A DNA stretch of 64,000 bases from an uncultured Clostridia bacterium (GCA_934772045.1 CAKVMH010000002.1:91062-155061), one strand, 5' to 3'; shown: positions 36,423-46,626, counted from the first letter of the stretch. Program-made: numbers and translations. Notes: generated from the sequence alone by a model not told the origin.

Positions 36423-37139
36423 ATGTTAGAAATAAAGAATTTAACCAAAAAATACGGCGATAAAGTTGCGGTAGATAGTTTGAGTTTGACCGTTGAAACT
36501 GGGCAAATTTGTGCATTCATTGGTCATAATGGGGCGGGTAAAACAACAACGTTAAAAGCGATTGCAGGTATATTGAATTTTGAACAAGGCGAAATTAAAA
36601 TTGACGGCATTGATGTTAAATCTAACCCTATGGAAGCAAAGCGCATTTTGGCATATTTGCCGGATAACCCTGACTTGTATGACTATTTGACTGGCATTGA
36701 ATATTTGAATTTTATAGCCAACATTTTTAAGTTGTCAGCAGAAGAACGCAAGCAAAAAATTGAGCAGTACGCAAAACGAATAGGCATATATGAAGTCTTA
36801 CAGAATCAAATTTCGTCATACAGCCACGGCATGAAGCAAAAATTGGCACTTGTGTCTGCGCTGATTCACAGTCCGCGCCTTTTGCTGTTAGATGAACCAT
36901 TTGTTGGCCTTGACCCAATCAGTAGCCATGAAACGAAGTTGATTATGCAGGAAATGGCAAAAGCAGGGGCAACCATATTTTATTCTACGCATGTGCTAGA
37001 TGTTGCGGAAAAAATTTGCGATCAAGTTGCAATAATCAAGCAAGGAAAACTGGTTGTGTTTGGCAAAATGGAAGAAGTGAAAGGCTTGCAAAGCCTTGAA
37101 AACGTGTTCTTGGAGTTGGAAAATGACAAACACGATTAA
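36423..37139 (+). CDS. ABC transporter ATP-binding protein
   Basis: Walker A GHNGAGKTT, signature YSHGMKQK, Walker B LLLLDEP. Confidence 0.9.
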   Translation: MLEIKNLTKKYGDKVAVDSLSLTVETGQICAFIGHNGAGKTTTLKAIAGILNFEQGEIKIDGIDVKSNPMEAKRILAYLPDNPDLYDYLTGIEYLNFIANIFKLSAEERKQKIEQYAKRIGIYEVLQNQISSYSHGMKQKLALVSALIHSPRLLLLDEPFVGLDPISSHETKLIMQEMAKAGATIFYSTHVLDVAEKICDQVAIIKQGKLVVFGKMEEVKGLQSLENVFLELENDKHD

Positions 37140-38712
37140 CTTAACAAAAATTTACATCAAGGAAACATTAAGCCGAACATTTAACCTAAAAGGCAAAAGG
37201 AAATTTAGTGCAACCGCACTAATAATTGCGTCATTGTTCCTGCTTATTGCATTAAGTATGGGCTATAATTTATACCTTATGGCAAAATCAATGAATATGT
37301 TTGGTTTTGCAAAAAACATCATTTTGGTTGGTGGTGTTTTTAGCGCATTTATGGTGCTTATGATAACCATAACGGATACTCAAAGCTATTTTTATAAAAC
37401 AAAGGACTTTGAAATGCTTTCAAGCCTTCCACTCAAACAAAGCCAAATTGTAATCGCAAAAATTTTAAGTTCTTACATAATAACCACAATCTATTCGGCA
37501 ATGATTTTGCTTCCAACTTTTGTTGTTTATTTCATATTTTGTAAAATTACCATTGCAAATGTAATTTTCGCCTTACTCGCCTTAATTTTGGCACCTGCAT
37601 TTAGCCAACTTTTGTGCAGTATATTTGCATGGTTGATTAATGCAATATCGTCTAAAATGAAAAATAAAATGCTTATGCGAAGCATTTTAAGCGTGCTTTT
37701 TGCAATAGGCATCACAGTTGTTATTTACTTTGCAAACAGCGATACAATGACTGCCATGCTTTCAATTGAAACACCAGTTTGGTTTAAAATTGTGTTTCCG
37801 TATGTTCATTTTTTGCAAAAGGCGATGTTTGAAAATTCCATTTTGCAATTTTTAGCATTTGTTGGTGTTTGTGTGTTGTATATGTTGGCAACAGTTGGCA
37901 TAATTATGCTGGGGTACAACCGCATAAACAAAAATTTGCTTATCACAACAAACAGGAAACCCGCAAAACACAAGCCGATAACATACAAACAAAAAAGTGT
38001 CGTTTCAACACTTTTAGGGCGAGAAGCGCGAGGTTTTGTTATGAGCCCAACTTACCTTATGAATGGTATTATGGGGCCATTGCTTGCCATTGTCTTGTCG
38101 TTCATGTTGTATGGCATATTTAAAACTGTGCCTAGCGAGCCAATCGTTACAAAAATATTCGTTGCGTTGGAAGTGTTTACGATTCCACTTTGCATTGGCA
38201 TTGCACCAACAACATCGGTTTCAATTTCAATGGAAGGTACAAAGTTTTTAAATTTAAAAAGTATGCCAGTGAAGTTTAAAGACATCGCAATAAGCAAAAT
38301 TCTTTTCAACATTCTTTTAAATTTGCCATGCTTACTGATTGGTGAAATTGGTTTTTGCTTGCTTTTAAAACCTGGTTTCTTGGTAAGCATGATGATAATT
38401 GTGTTCAGTGTTGTTTACCTTGTGATGTGCTCAATTTTGGGTTTGGTGATGAATTTAAAATTCCCAAAACTTAACTGGACAAATGAAGCGCAAGCGTCAA
38501 AACAAGGCGTAAGTTTGCTTATAACAATGTTTATTGACATGTTTATATGCGTGCTTCCTATGGTGCTTTACTTTGCATTGCTTAATAAATTCGCAAACCT
38601 TAGCATGTTGTTGTTCATTGCAGTATCATTAATTCCAGTTGTTGTTGTGCTTGCAATTGCATTAACTTTGTTGTTCACAAAGGGCAAAGAAATGTATCAA
38701 AAAATTAATTAA
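37123..38712 (+). CDS. Multi-pass ABC exporter permease (putative ABC-2-like)
   Basis: About 10-12 hydrophobic segments. ATG 37123 is preferred over track start 37096 because GGAG lies upstream and the overlap with the ATPase gene is short. Confidence 0.7.
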   Translation: MTNTINLTKIYIKETLSRTFNLKGKRKFSATALIIASLFLLIALSMGYNLYLMAKSMNMFGFAKNIILVGGVFSAFMVLMITITDTQSYFYKTKDFEMLSSLPLKQSQIVIAKILSSYIITTIYSAMILLPTFVVYFIFCKITIANVIFALLALILAPAFSQLLCSIFAWLINAISSKMKNKMLMRSILSVLFAIGITVVIYFANSDTMTAMLSIETPVWFKIVFPYVHFLQKAMFENSILQFLAFVGVCVLYMLATVGIIMLGYNRINKNLLITTNRKPAKHKPITYKQKSVVSTLLGREARGFVMSPTYLMNGIMGPLLAIVLSFMLYGIFKTVPSEPIVTKIFVALEVFTIPLCIGIAPTTSVSISMEGTKFLNLKSMPVKFKDIAISKILFNILLNLPCLLIGEIGFCLLLKPGFLVSMMIIVFSVVYLVMCSILGLVMNLKFPKLNWTNEAQASKQGVSLLITMFIDMFICVLPMVLYFALLNKFANLSMLLFIAVSLIPVVVVLAIALTLLFTKGKEMYQKIN

Positions 38713-38790
38713 TAAACTTCTTTACTGTGTTATTTATAATTTATTAGCCACAAAAATAGGGCGGAAAAACAAAATAAATTTCACAAAAAA

Positions 38791-38813
38791 ATGGCTTAAT
38801 CTAAGCCATTTTT
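38791..38813 (+). terminator. Intrinsic terminator after the permease gene
   Basis: ATGGCTTA-atc-TAAGCCAT followed by a T-run. Confidence 0.65.
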
Positions 38814-38817
38814 CATT

Positions 38818-38975
38818 GTGAATACAACAAACCGAATTTACGAGCAAAGGCGAAGGAAATCGGTTTATTCTGAATACAACAAACCGATTTTACAAGTGTG
38901 AGCGAAGAAAATTGGTTTATTTTGGATACAACAACCATATTTATGGGCGAGAGCAAAATAAATTGGTTTGTTTTT
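38818..38975 (-). repeat. Three tandem 52-53-bp copies of the stop-codon-adjacent hairpin repeat (R2a-c)
   Basis: Units begin at 38818, 38871 and 38924. Each is GAATACAACAAACC-arm-loop(GAGCGAAG-like)-arm'-TTT(A/G)TT. Copy c overlaps the TAA of CDS 38974..39681. Confidence 0.8.
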
Positions 38976-39681
38976 ACATATTGCTGTCGCGTGTGAAGCA
39001 TTCTTCCAAAGAAAAATATGCGTTTCTTGCGCGTTTATTGTAGCGTGAAAAGTAGTCAAGCGCAATCATAAGTGAAAATACCAACTTTTTGTCGTTCTGT
39101 TCACTGGCGAGATATAACGAATTTAAAAGCATCAAAAACTCTTCTTTCTCATTAATTTTCAATTTAAAACTATCAACATTGTCAACTATGTGGCGAATTG
39201 TTGCCATAATTTTGTTGTAATAATTTGTTTGATAGTCATTTGAATTTACAATTATGTGTCGTTTAGAGTAAAGTGAATTTAAAGCGTTTTTAAAAGGTAA
39301 AATCACACTTTCAGCAAACAATTTAAATTCTTGCCCAACAGCGTCGTCAGCCCTATAAAACTTTGTTAAAAAGTTGTAAAAATCAATTTCTTTTGTATTG
39401 AAACGATAAAGCAAACTGTAAACAAATGCAATAATTTCCTTTTCATCAGTTGGCATAACAAGGGTGTAGGTTTCGTCACCATTGTCTATAATGCTTGCCT
39501 TAAAAAATTCAACAAAATCAAATTTGTTTAAAGTTGAAGCAACTAAGTTTTTCACCTTTTCATCGGCGTCAATTAATTTTAAAATAGATGCAATTTTAAT
39601 GTCAGCCAAAATATATTTACCAGAAACAAACTCGTCACAAGCGGTGTTAAGGTTTGTTAATTCATACACATTTTCGTTCAT
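38974..39681 (-). CDS. Hypothetical protein (235 aa), no recognisable domain
   Basis: Long ORF with normal composition. Divergent from the DUF4364-like gene. Confidence 0.6.
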   Translation of the reverse strand: MNENVYELTNLNTACDEFVSGKYILADIKIASILKLIDADEKVKNLVASTLNKFDFVEFFKASIIDNGDETYTLVMPTDEKEIIAFVYSLLYRFNTKEIDFYNFLTKFYRADDAVGQEFKLFAESVILPFKNALNSLYSKRHIIVNSNDYQTNYYNKIMATIRHIVDNVDSFKLKINEKEEFLMLLNSLYLASEQNDKKLVFSLMIALDYFSRYNKRARNAYFSLEECFTRDSNM

Positions 39682-39971
39682 AAACCCCTCTAATTTCTAA
39701 AAATAGTATACCATTCAACAAAAATCTATGCAACAAAATAAACAAATTTCTTAATGTGGCATTAAATTAGATTTCACATTGGTTTATTGTGGCCTTTAAA
39801 TTACTACACAACAAATTAAAACTTTAGATTTTTATTTTAAATATAGTTTAGCATAAAAGCAGAATAGCCGTTTAAAAAGTTGTAATTTAATGTAAGATAT
39901 TGTATAATGTAGTCGAAAAGCAAACAAAACCTTTTGCTTAAACTTACGCAACTAATTTTAAAGGGGAAGAT

Positions 39972-40508
39972 ATGGATTTCGTACCAGACAATACGGTTAA
40001 CAAATTAATTTTACTTTATGTTTTAGATAAAATGGAAATTCCGTTGACAGAAAACTCAATTTTGGAAATTTGTTCAAGCCAAAACAATTGGGTGAATTGG
40101 ATGGATTGTAAAGACCTGTTGGGGCAACTTATCACATCAAAGTTTATTTACAAACCTAACACGGAGAATGATGAAAGTAGGTATAACATAACTGTTGCAG
40201 GGCGTGAGTGTTTGGCACAATTTTACACACGTATTCCTGCCAGTTTGCGTTCCCAAATCGATAAATTTGCAGACGAAAACAAATTGCAATTTAAACGCAA
40301 CCAGGAATATATTGCAAAATGCTATAAGAATGAAGACGGAAGTTATACAGTTGATTTAAAAATATTGGAACCTTTAACCACTGAATCAATATTTTCACTT
40401 TCAATTAAGTCGGACACTCGCCACAATGCAACAACAGCATGCAAGCGCTGGCGTGAATTGGCAGCCAATGTTTATGAGTATGTTTACAGCAAAATTATAG
40501 ACAATTAA
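39972..40508 (+). CDS. DUF4364-like (PadR/winged-helix-like) protein
   Basis: N-terminus NKLILLYVLDKMEIPLTENSILEI resembles the DUF4364 family as I recall it. RBS AAGGGGAAG. Confidence 0.5.
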   Translation: MDFVPDNTVNKLILLYVLDKMEIPLTENSILEICSSQNNWVNWMDCKDLLGQLITSKFIYKPNTENDESRYNITVAGRECLAQFYTRIPASLRSQIDKFADENKLQFKRNQEYIAKCYKNEDGSYTVDLKILEPLTTESIFSLSIKSDTRHNATTACKRWRELAANVYEYVYSKIIDN

Positions 40509-40659
40509 TTTTAATTATTTTCATTTTAGAATAACAAGCAATCTTTAATAAATGTTATTTTATTGATATTAATCATAAAAAATAAGGAACATTACATTTT
40601 GTAAGGTTCCTTTTTGGTCAAATCATTAAATCAAAATAGGGTGGTTTAACAAATTAAAA

Positions 40660-41205
40660 TTAATAATAAATGCTGTTGCAACGATATACATTTTCAGAAA
40701 TGTAAATTTCATTTTTAATATGGTAAGCACTGTTGAAACACCAAACTGTAAAGGTGAAAATCATAGGTAGATAAAATGAAACTGAACTATAATAAACCAA
40801 CTGCAACAGGGAATAAGTTGCACTTGCAACCAATAAAAGCAAAGCAAGCACAGCAAAGATGTTTGTAATGAAACGATAAAGCATGATAAAACCATGTTTG
40901 TCAACATTAAAAGCGAAAGTTACACGCTTAATAGATTTACCTTTGCGCTTAAGTGTAGACAAAGTTTGTAAATCATTCATCGCATAAACAATTGAAACAA
41001 AGCCAAACATGACGCTAAAAAACAAAACTAAGCAACAAATGGCAACCATTAAATTAGAAACATCTTTCCAAGTGAAAGCAACAACTAACTGCCAAACAAA
41101 TGCAACAATAAATAAAACGGCAAAAATCATTCTCAGCCAAACATCTTTTTTAATTGTTGGCACATCTTTTGACATATATTCAACATTACGTGCTTTTGAA
41201 TTCAT
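40660..41205 (-). CDS. Hypothetical membrane protein (about 4 TM)
   Basis: Hydrophobic segments only. No motif recognised. Confidence 0.55.
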   Translation of the reverse strand: MNSKARNVEYMSKDVPTIKKDVWLRMIFAVLFIVAFVWQLVVAFTWKDVSNLMVAICCLVLFFSVMFGFVSIVYAMNDLQTLSTLKRKGKSIKRVTFAFNVDKHGFIMLYRFITNIFAVLALLLLVASATYSLLQLVYYSSVSFYLPMIFTFTVWCFNSAYHIKNEIYISENVYRCNSIYY

Positions 41206-41281
41206 ACCTATATTGTAAATTAAAATTTAAGCAATGTCAAACGAAAATTAGTGCAAATGCTTAATCATAAATGTGCGTTAA

Positions 41282-42427
41282 TTAAAGGCAAATTAAACTT
41301 AAAGGAATTGCAACCAAACTGGCAATTAAACCTTGTGTAAGTTTTTGCAACGCAACAAATTGCGGTTTAATGCCCAGTTTTTTAATAAAATACATTGATT
41401 GCAAAAAGATGCTAACACCACCAAAACCAATTAATCCAGCGGTTAAAATGACTTTTAATTGTAAACTGCATACGCAAGAGTTTATGCTGATTGCGCCATG
41501 TGTAATTTCAAAAAGCCCTGCAATAAACGCTTGAATTACACCTGTATCTTTAATGTGTAAAATGCTTGAAATTCCAGTGGCAAGAAATGGAATTATATTT
41601 AAATTGTTAAGTATTTCAATACTTAAAAACGCCAAAACCATGTAAGCACCAACCATTAAAATTGAACTTAAGGCTTCATTTACACTGTCTGCCAAAACAG
41701 ATGACGGCATTCCTTTTTCGTTAGTTTCACATTCCTTTAAAGGTTGTTTTTTGCCACGATAAATTAAACCATTAATTAAACTTGCAACCACGTTTGCAAT
41801 TAAAATTATAAGCCCGACAGTGTAGTTGCTAAAAATTGCCACACCAACCGAGCCAACCATAAACATAGGCCCGCTAACCGAACAAAAAGATAGCATGCGT
41901 TTAGCGTCATCCTTTGTGTAAACACCGCGCTCATGCATATTGCAAATTAATTTTGCGCCCATTGGATAGCCAGATAAAATGGACAAAAAATATACAGCAG
42001 AACATGTCGCAGGCGTGTGATATAATTTGTTAAACAACTTGTCCAATTTTGTTTGTTTTGGTGTTAAAAGTTCAACAATAATTTTGGTGATGATGAAAAA
42101 TGGAAACAAAGCGGGCAACACTTTAAAAGCCCAAACTGAAATCGCGTCTAAACAGCATGTGGAATAAATTTTAGGGTTAGTTATGAATATTATGCAAATT
42201 GATAATAATAAAAGAATTAAGGCAGTTTTTTTATAGTTTTTAACTTTGCTTGTTACCGCTTCAAAATTTACGATTTTTTGGTTCTTTTTGCGATTATTTA
42301 ATTTGGACGTGCTTAAGTCTGTTAAACTTTCAGCAACTGCGTCATTTTTAAGTTTAAATTTTGACGTTGATGAATTATTTGCTTTTAAATTTTCTATCAT
42401 ATATAATGATATTAAATAAAATGGCAT
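41282..42427 (-). CDS. YlbJ-like sporulation integral membrane protein (nucleoside-recognition/Gate domains)
   Basis: Polytopic. The LPALFPFFIITKIIVEL segment resembles YlbJ. Start uncertain. Confidence 0.5.
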   Translation of the reverse strand: MPFYLISLYMIENLKANNSSTSKFKLKNDAVAESLTDLSTSKLNNRKKNQKIVNFEAVTSKVKNYKKTALILLLLSICIIFITNPKIYSTCCLDAISVWAFKVLPALFPFFIITKIIVELLTPKQTKLDKLFNKLYHTPATCSAVYFLSILSGYPMGAKLICNMHERGVYTKDDAKRMLSFCSVSGPMFMVGSVGVAIFSNYTVGLIILIANVVASLINGLIYRGKKQPLKECETNEKGMPSSVLADSVNEALSSILMVGAYMVLAFLSIEILNNLNIIPFLATGISSILHIKDTGVIQAFIAGLFEITHGAISINSCVCSLQLKVILTAGLIGFGGVSIFLQSMYFIKKLGIKPQFVALQKLTQGLIASLVAIPLSLICL

Positions 42428-42494
42428 TTAATGTTACCATTCGTTGCTGTAAAGTGAAATGTGTATAGGTTTAAAATATCACTAAGGGGGAAAG

Positions 42495-43331
42495 GTGAAA
42501 AAATTAACATTAGTTTTAAGCGGTGGGGCAAGTAAAGGTTTTGCACATCTTGGTGTGCTTCAAGTTTTGGAAGAAAACGGCATTAAACCAAGCCTTATCG
42601 TTGGCACATCAATGGGTGCATTAGTTGGTGGGATATACTCAACTGGCAAGCCATTTGATGAAATTTTAACACTAGCACAAAACTTTGGCGGTTTGGGGCA
42701 CTTTTCATTATTTGCAAGTTTATTTCGCGGATATATGCTTAAAACGAAGAAGGTAGAAGACTTTTTGAAAAATTTGCTAGGCAATTTAACGCACAAGGAC
42801 TGCCAAATTCCATTTGTGGCAATCGCAACCGACTTAAAAACTGGCAAACAAGCAAACTTAAGCTCTGGCTTATTGCGTGATAATATCCGTGCAAGCATAT
42901 CAATTCCAGGTGTGTTTAAAACAAAAATCATTGATGATGTTGAATATGTTGATGGCGGATTGTCTAACAACATGGCAGAAGATGTGGCGCATGAATTGGC
43001 ACCAGATTCAGTAATTATTTCGGTCGACGCTATTGGCGACTACGCAACGCAAAAGGAAACGGTAAAGATAAAATCACTTGAAAACATTTTGAATGCAAGC
43101 ACAATTTTAACGCAAAGCATTGTTAAACTTAAACCGCACTATGCAAGTTTAAATATTGTAGTTAGCCAGCCAGATATAAGCCAATTTGACTTTAAAAAGG
43201 ATAAGATAAAAAAGTCCATTGAATATGGCAGGCAACAAGGGTTAAAATATGTTGAGCAAATTAAAAAGTTGTTAAAAGGGAATACAAATGAAGATATTAA
43301 AAAACCTAAAACAAAAAGCAAAGCAAATTAA
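42495..43331 (+). CDS. Patatin-like phospholipase
   Basis: GGASKG oxyanion motif, GTSMG nucleophile elbow, DGG catalytic Asp. GTG start after GGGGGAAAG. Confidence 0.9.
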   Translation: MKKLTLVLSGGASKGFAHLGVLQVLEENGIKPSLIVGTSMGALVGGIYSTGKPFDEILTLAQNFGGLGHFSLFASLFRGYMLKTKKVEDFLKNLLGNLTHKDCQIPFVAIATDLKTGKQANLSSGLLRDNIRASISIPGVFKTKIIDDVEYVDGGLSNNMAEDVAHELAPDSVIISVDAIGDYATQKETVKIKSLENILNASTILTQSIVKLKPHYASLNIVVSQPDISQFDFKKDKIKKSIEYGRQQGLKYVEQIKKLLKGNTNEDIKKPKTKSKAN

Positions 43332-44250
43332 AGCCACAATTATCATGGTGGAAGCAAATATAGATGAACGCGTGTATGAAGCCTGCAAAATTATTTTAAA
43401 GCAAAAATTAGCAAATTTAATTGTGTTCGGCAAGGAAGAAGAGTTTGACGCCTGCTTTAAAACGCCCGCTTGTCAAATAATTGATATTGAAACTTATCCT
43501 AAGCACGATTTAGCAAAACTTTTGTTTGAATTAAGGCAAAACAAGGGCATGACAATGCAAAAAGCCAACGCACTATTAAAACAGCCAATTTATTTTGGAA
43601 TGATGTTGTTAAAGTCAGGCATAGGCGATGGTTTGGTGGCGGGTGCAGTGTATAAAACTGCTGATGTGCTTTTGCCGGCCTTGCAAATAATTAAAACTAA
43701 ACAAGGCGAGCAGTTGGTTACTGGCAGTGTCTTGTTGGTTAAACCAAACTGTGAACCATTGCTTTTTGGCGATGTTTCTTTAATGGAAAATCCGTCAAGC
43801 GAGCAGTTGGCACTAATCGCACAATCAAATGCTAAATTTATGCAGAATGTCGTAGGTATTGAGCCAAAAGTTGCAATGCTATCATATTCAACAAAAGGCA
43901 GTGCAAAAAGCGAAATAGTTGAAAAGGTTCAAACGGCCACAAAACTAGCACAAAGGTTAAACTTTGGTTTGGTTGATGGTGAAATGCAAATTGACAGCGC
44001 ATTAGACTTTACAACTGCAAAACAAAAAGGCATAACATCGGCAGTTGGTGGGCACGCAAATGTGCTGATATTTCCAAACCTTGACGCAGGTAATATAGGG
44101 TATAAATTAACAGCACGCTTAGCAAATTACCAAGCAGTGGGGCCAATAATGCTCAATTTTGCAAAACCAGTTAACGATTTAAGCCGTGGCTCGAACATTG
44201 AAGAAATAGTAAACACAATTATCATCACAAAATTGCTTACAACATATTAA
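43288..44250 (+). CDS. pta: Phosphate acetyltransferase
   Basis: Short-form Pta (320 aa), with SYSTKGSAK and PNLDAGNIGYK. Followed by ackA. Confidence 0.9.
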   Translation: MKILKNLKQKAKQIKATIIMVEANIDERVYEACKIILKQKLANLIVFGKEEEFDACFKTPACQIIDIETYPKHDLAKLLFELRQNKGMTMQKANALLKQPIYFGMMLLKSGIGDGLVAGAVYKTADVLLPALQIIKTKQGEQLVTGSVLLVKPNCEPLLFGDVSLMENPSSEQLALIAQSNAKFMQNVVGIEPKVAMLSYSTKGSAKSEIVEKVQTATKLAQRLNFGLVDGEMQIDSALDFTTAKQKGITSAVGGHANVLIFPNLDAGNIGYKLTARLANYQAVGPIMLNFAKPVNDLSRGSNIEEIVNTIIITKLLTTY

Positions 44251-44311
44251 AAATGTTTTGCGTTTTTTTAAGTTTGTGTTAACATAAGGTGAGAAATTAA
44301 AAGGAAGAAAA

Positions 44312-45502
44312 ATGAAAGTTTTAGTAGTAAATGCTGGTAGTAGCAGTTTAAAAGCACAATTAATGGATTCAGATAACGGCACAGTTTTTGCAAATGCGTA
44401 TTGTGAACGTGTTGGGGCGGAAGGCTCATTCATGACATATAAATGGGCAGGGCAAAAGGTTCGCATTGAGCAACCAATGCCAACACATAAACAGGCATTC
44501 CAATTGTTTTTTGATACTTTGACAAGCAAAGAATCTGGCGTTATTAAAAGTTTAAACGAGATTAAAGCAATCGGTCATCGTATTGTCAATATGGGTGAAA
44601 AATATTGTAAATCAATTGTTGTGACACCTGAAATTTTTGAAGATATGAAAACTTGTGTGCATTTCGCACCTTTACATAACCCAGGCGCGTTAACTGGGCT
44701 TCAAGCCTGCATGGATTTAATGCCGGGTGTTAAAAATGTTACCGTATTTGACACCGCCTTCCATATGACAATGCCAGAAAAGGCATATATGTACGCTTTG
44801 CCATATGAATATTATGAAAAATATGCAATTCGTAGATATGGTGCGCACGGCACAAGCCACAAATATATCGCAAAAAAATGTGGCGAAATTATGGGCGACC
44901 TTAAAGGTAAAAAGATTATTTCATGCCACATAGGTTCAGGTAGCAGTTTATGCGCTATTTTGGACGGCAAATGTGTTGACACATCAATGGGTTACACACC
45001 ACTTGCAGGTGTCGTTATGGGCACACGCACAGGCGATATTGATGCAAGCGTTGTGACTGGCGTTATGCAAGCAACAGGGCAAACAGCCGAACAAGTTATC
45101 ACAACATTTAATAAGAAAAGTGGTTTGTTAGGGCTTTGCGGTTATAACGATATGCGCGACATTGAAGATAACCTTTCTAACCCAAAAGTCAAACTCGCTT
45201 TTGACATGATGTGCTATTCAATTAAAAAATATATTGGTGCATATGTGGCAGCGTTAAACGGCGTTGATGCCATTGTGTTTACAGCTGGTGCTGGCGAACA
45301 CGACGAAATTATGCGTCAAGCTGTTTGTAAGGATATGGACTATTTGGGTATTGAGTTAGATGAAGAAAAAAATGTTAAACTCAACAAACCATTTGACCAA
45401 ATTGTTGAACTTTCACGCCCAACAAGCAAGGTTAAAATCTATCGTATTCCTACAGATGAAGAGTATATGATTGCTTACGAAACAGCGGAACTTACGAAAT
45501 AA
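44312..45502 (+). CDS. ackA: Acetate kinase
   Basis: MKVLVVNAGSSSLK, HRIVNMG, RRYGAHGTSH. Confidence 0.97.
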   Translation: MKVLVVNAGSSSLKAQLMDSDNGTVFANAYCERVGAEGSFMTYKWAGQKVRIEQPMPTHKQAFQLFFDTLTSKESGVIKSLNEIKAIGHRIVNMGEKYCKSIVVTPEIFEDMKTCVHFAPLHNPGALTGLQACMDLMPGVKNVTVFDTAFHMTMPEKAYMYALPYEYYEKYAIRRYGAHGTSHKYIAKKCGEIMGDLKGKKIISCHIGSGSSLCAILDGKCVDTSMGYTPLAGVVMGTRTGDIDASVVTGVMQATGQTAEQVITTFNKKSGLLGLCGYNDMRDIEDNLSNPKVKLAFDMMCYSIKKYIGAYVAALNGVDAIVFTAGAGEHDEIMRQAVCKDMDYLGIELDEEKNVKLNKPFDQIVELSRPTSKVKIYRIPTDEEYMIAYETAELTK

Positions 45503-45581
45503 CTTTTTCACGCGAGTAAAGTTAACATGTCGCTCTTGTGTTTCAAGTTTTAACTTAGCACGCTTAAATAGATATGAAAAA

Positions 45582-45604
45582 ACAGCAGATTGTGCTGTTT
45601 TTTT
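45582..45604. terminator. Bidirectional intrinsic terminator
   Basis: A-run, ACAGCA ... TGCTGT stem, then T7. Confidence 0.55.
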
Positions 45605-45668
45605 GTGTTTTTATTGATTAATTAGTGAGATGCTTTCCTAATAAATCGAAGAAAATGTTGCCTATAAT

Positions 45669-46019
45669 TTAAAGTGATGATTCATTATTTTGCTCTTGCT
45701 CATTCTTGTTAGTGCTTTTTTCTGCCTTATTAATTCTTTCAATACATTTTTCTGCCTTATCAATAATGTCCTTACATTCGTTTGCCAAGTAACAGTATGG
45801 GTAGATTGATACGCCCAATTGGCTGTCGATATACAATGCGTCCTCTAAAATGCGTTTTAATTCTTTTAAATAGACACTGCCTAGATTCCACCTGCAAGCG
45901 TTAAGCAAACTAATTAGCCTTGCCAATTCATTTTTTAACAAAGTAAGCGTATTTTCTGCGTTCTTTACATCTTCGCATTTATATTCAATATCACTTTTTA
46001 TTTCAATTTTATTTTCCAT
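45669..46019 (-). CDS. Hypothetical small helical protein (117 aa)
   Basis: The internal ATG at 46019 has RBS AAAGGAAAC. Track start 46058 lacks one. Confidence 0.5.
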   Translation of the reverse strand: MENKIEIKSDIEYKCEDVKNAENTLTLLKNELARLISLLNACRWNLGSVYLKELKRILEDALYIDSQLGVSIYPYCYLANECKDIIDKAEKCIERINKAEKSTNKNEQEQNNESSL

Positions 46020-46244
46020 AACGTTTCCTTTTATATAACATTTATTAAATTTTGTCAAGGGGTCTTTAAGTTTAAGTGTGGTTTTTTACACTAAAAACTC
46101 CTTTTTGTCCTATAAAACTCCTTTTAATGTATGTTAACTTGTTGTGCTGATAATTTTGACCTTCGCAAAACAATTATATTTATGCTATGTAAAGAATATA
46201 CGTTTAAAATTTTAACAAAAAATTTACAATATTTAAAATTACGG

Positions 46245-46273
46245 TTGACAAAGGATCTCTTCTTTGGTATAAT
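46245..46273 (+). promoter_or_regulatory. Consensus SigA promoter for rpmF
   Basis: TTGACA (46245-46250), 17-nt spacer, TATAAT (46268-46273). Confidence 0.7.
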
Positions 46274-46332
46274 GTGTTCATATTTTGTCGAGTGCATGTT
46301 GTGTGCACGAATATATATGGAGGTATTTAAAA

Positions 46333-46524
46333 ATGGCTGTTCCAAAAGGGAAAGTGTCAAAAGCACGCAGAGATAAACGTCGTGCTAACTGGAAAGCAGC
46401 TGTTCCAACATTAGTTGAATGTCCACATTGCCATGAAAAGAAAGTGGCACATAAAGTTTGCAAAAATTGTGGTTACTATGACGGTGAACAAGTTGTATCA
46501 GTTGACAAAAAAGAAAGTAAATAA
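46333..46524 (+). CDS. rpmF: 50S ribosomal protein L32
   Basis: [21 protein letters not shown]...[20 protein letters not shown] zinc ribbon. GGAGG RBS. The track ORF starts too early. Confidence 0.95.
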   Translation: MAVPKGKVSKARRDKRRANWKAAVPTLVECPHCHEKKVAHKVCKNCGYYDGEQVVSVDKKESK

Positions 46525-46571
46525 ACCAATTTATTTCGCTCAAGCTCATAAATATGGTTTGTTTTATTCAC
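46519..46571 (+). repeat. Stop-codon-adjacent hairpin repeat, copy R3
   Basis: AAACCAATTTAT-ttcgctcaagctc-ATAAATATGGTTT followed by GTTTTATT. Overlaps the rpmF TAA (46522-46524). Confidence 0.75.
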
Positions 46572-46591
46572 AAGAACATTTTTTAAATTTA

Positions 46592-46626
46592 AACACCTTA
46601 GGCTAATGAAGTTTAAGGTGTTTTTT
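46592..46626 (+). terminator. Intrinsic terminator downstream of rpmF
   Basis: AACACCTTA ... TAAGGTGTT stem followed by a T-run. Confidence 0.65.

Noticed and set aside
37096-37122. Track start of the permease ORF (MKTCSWSWK...)
   Set aside because: It lies inside the ATPase gene and has no RBS. ATG 37123 follows GGAG and gives the usual short overlap, so the later start was used.
38813-39065. Overlapping minus-strand ORFs (62 and 66 aa) with repetitive sequence; also considered as a CRISPR-like array
   Set aside because: They are read through the three tandem 53-bp hairpin repeats. The units abut one another with no unique spacers, and there are no cas genes and no leader, so this is not CRISPR and not coding.
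46086-46125. Direct repeat CTA(A/T)AAAACTCCTTTT x2 whose reverse strand gives two AAGGAG sites, one followed by GTG-TAA (a start-stop mini-ORF)
   Set aside because: It is too short and unsupported. It could be chance in AT-rich DNA or part of the 5' region of the 117-aa gene. It is noted only as a possible relative of the module 1 leader sequence.
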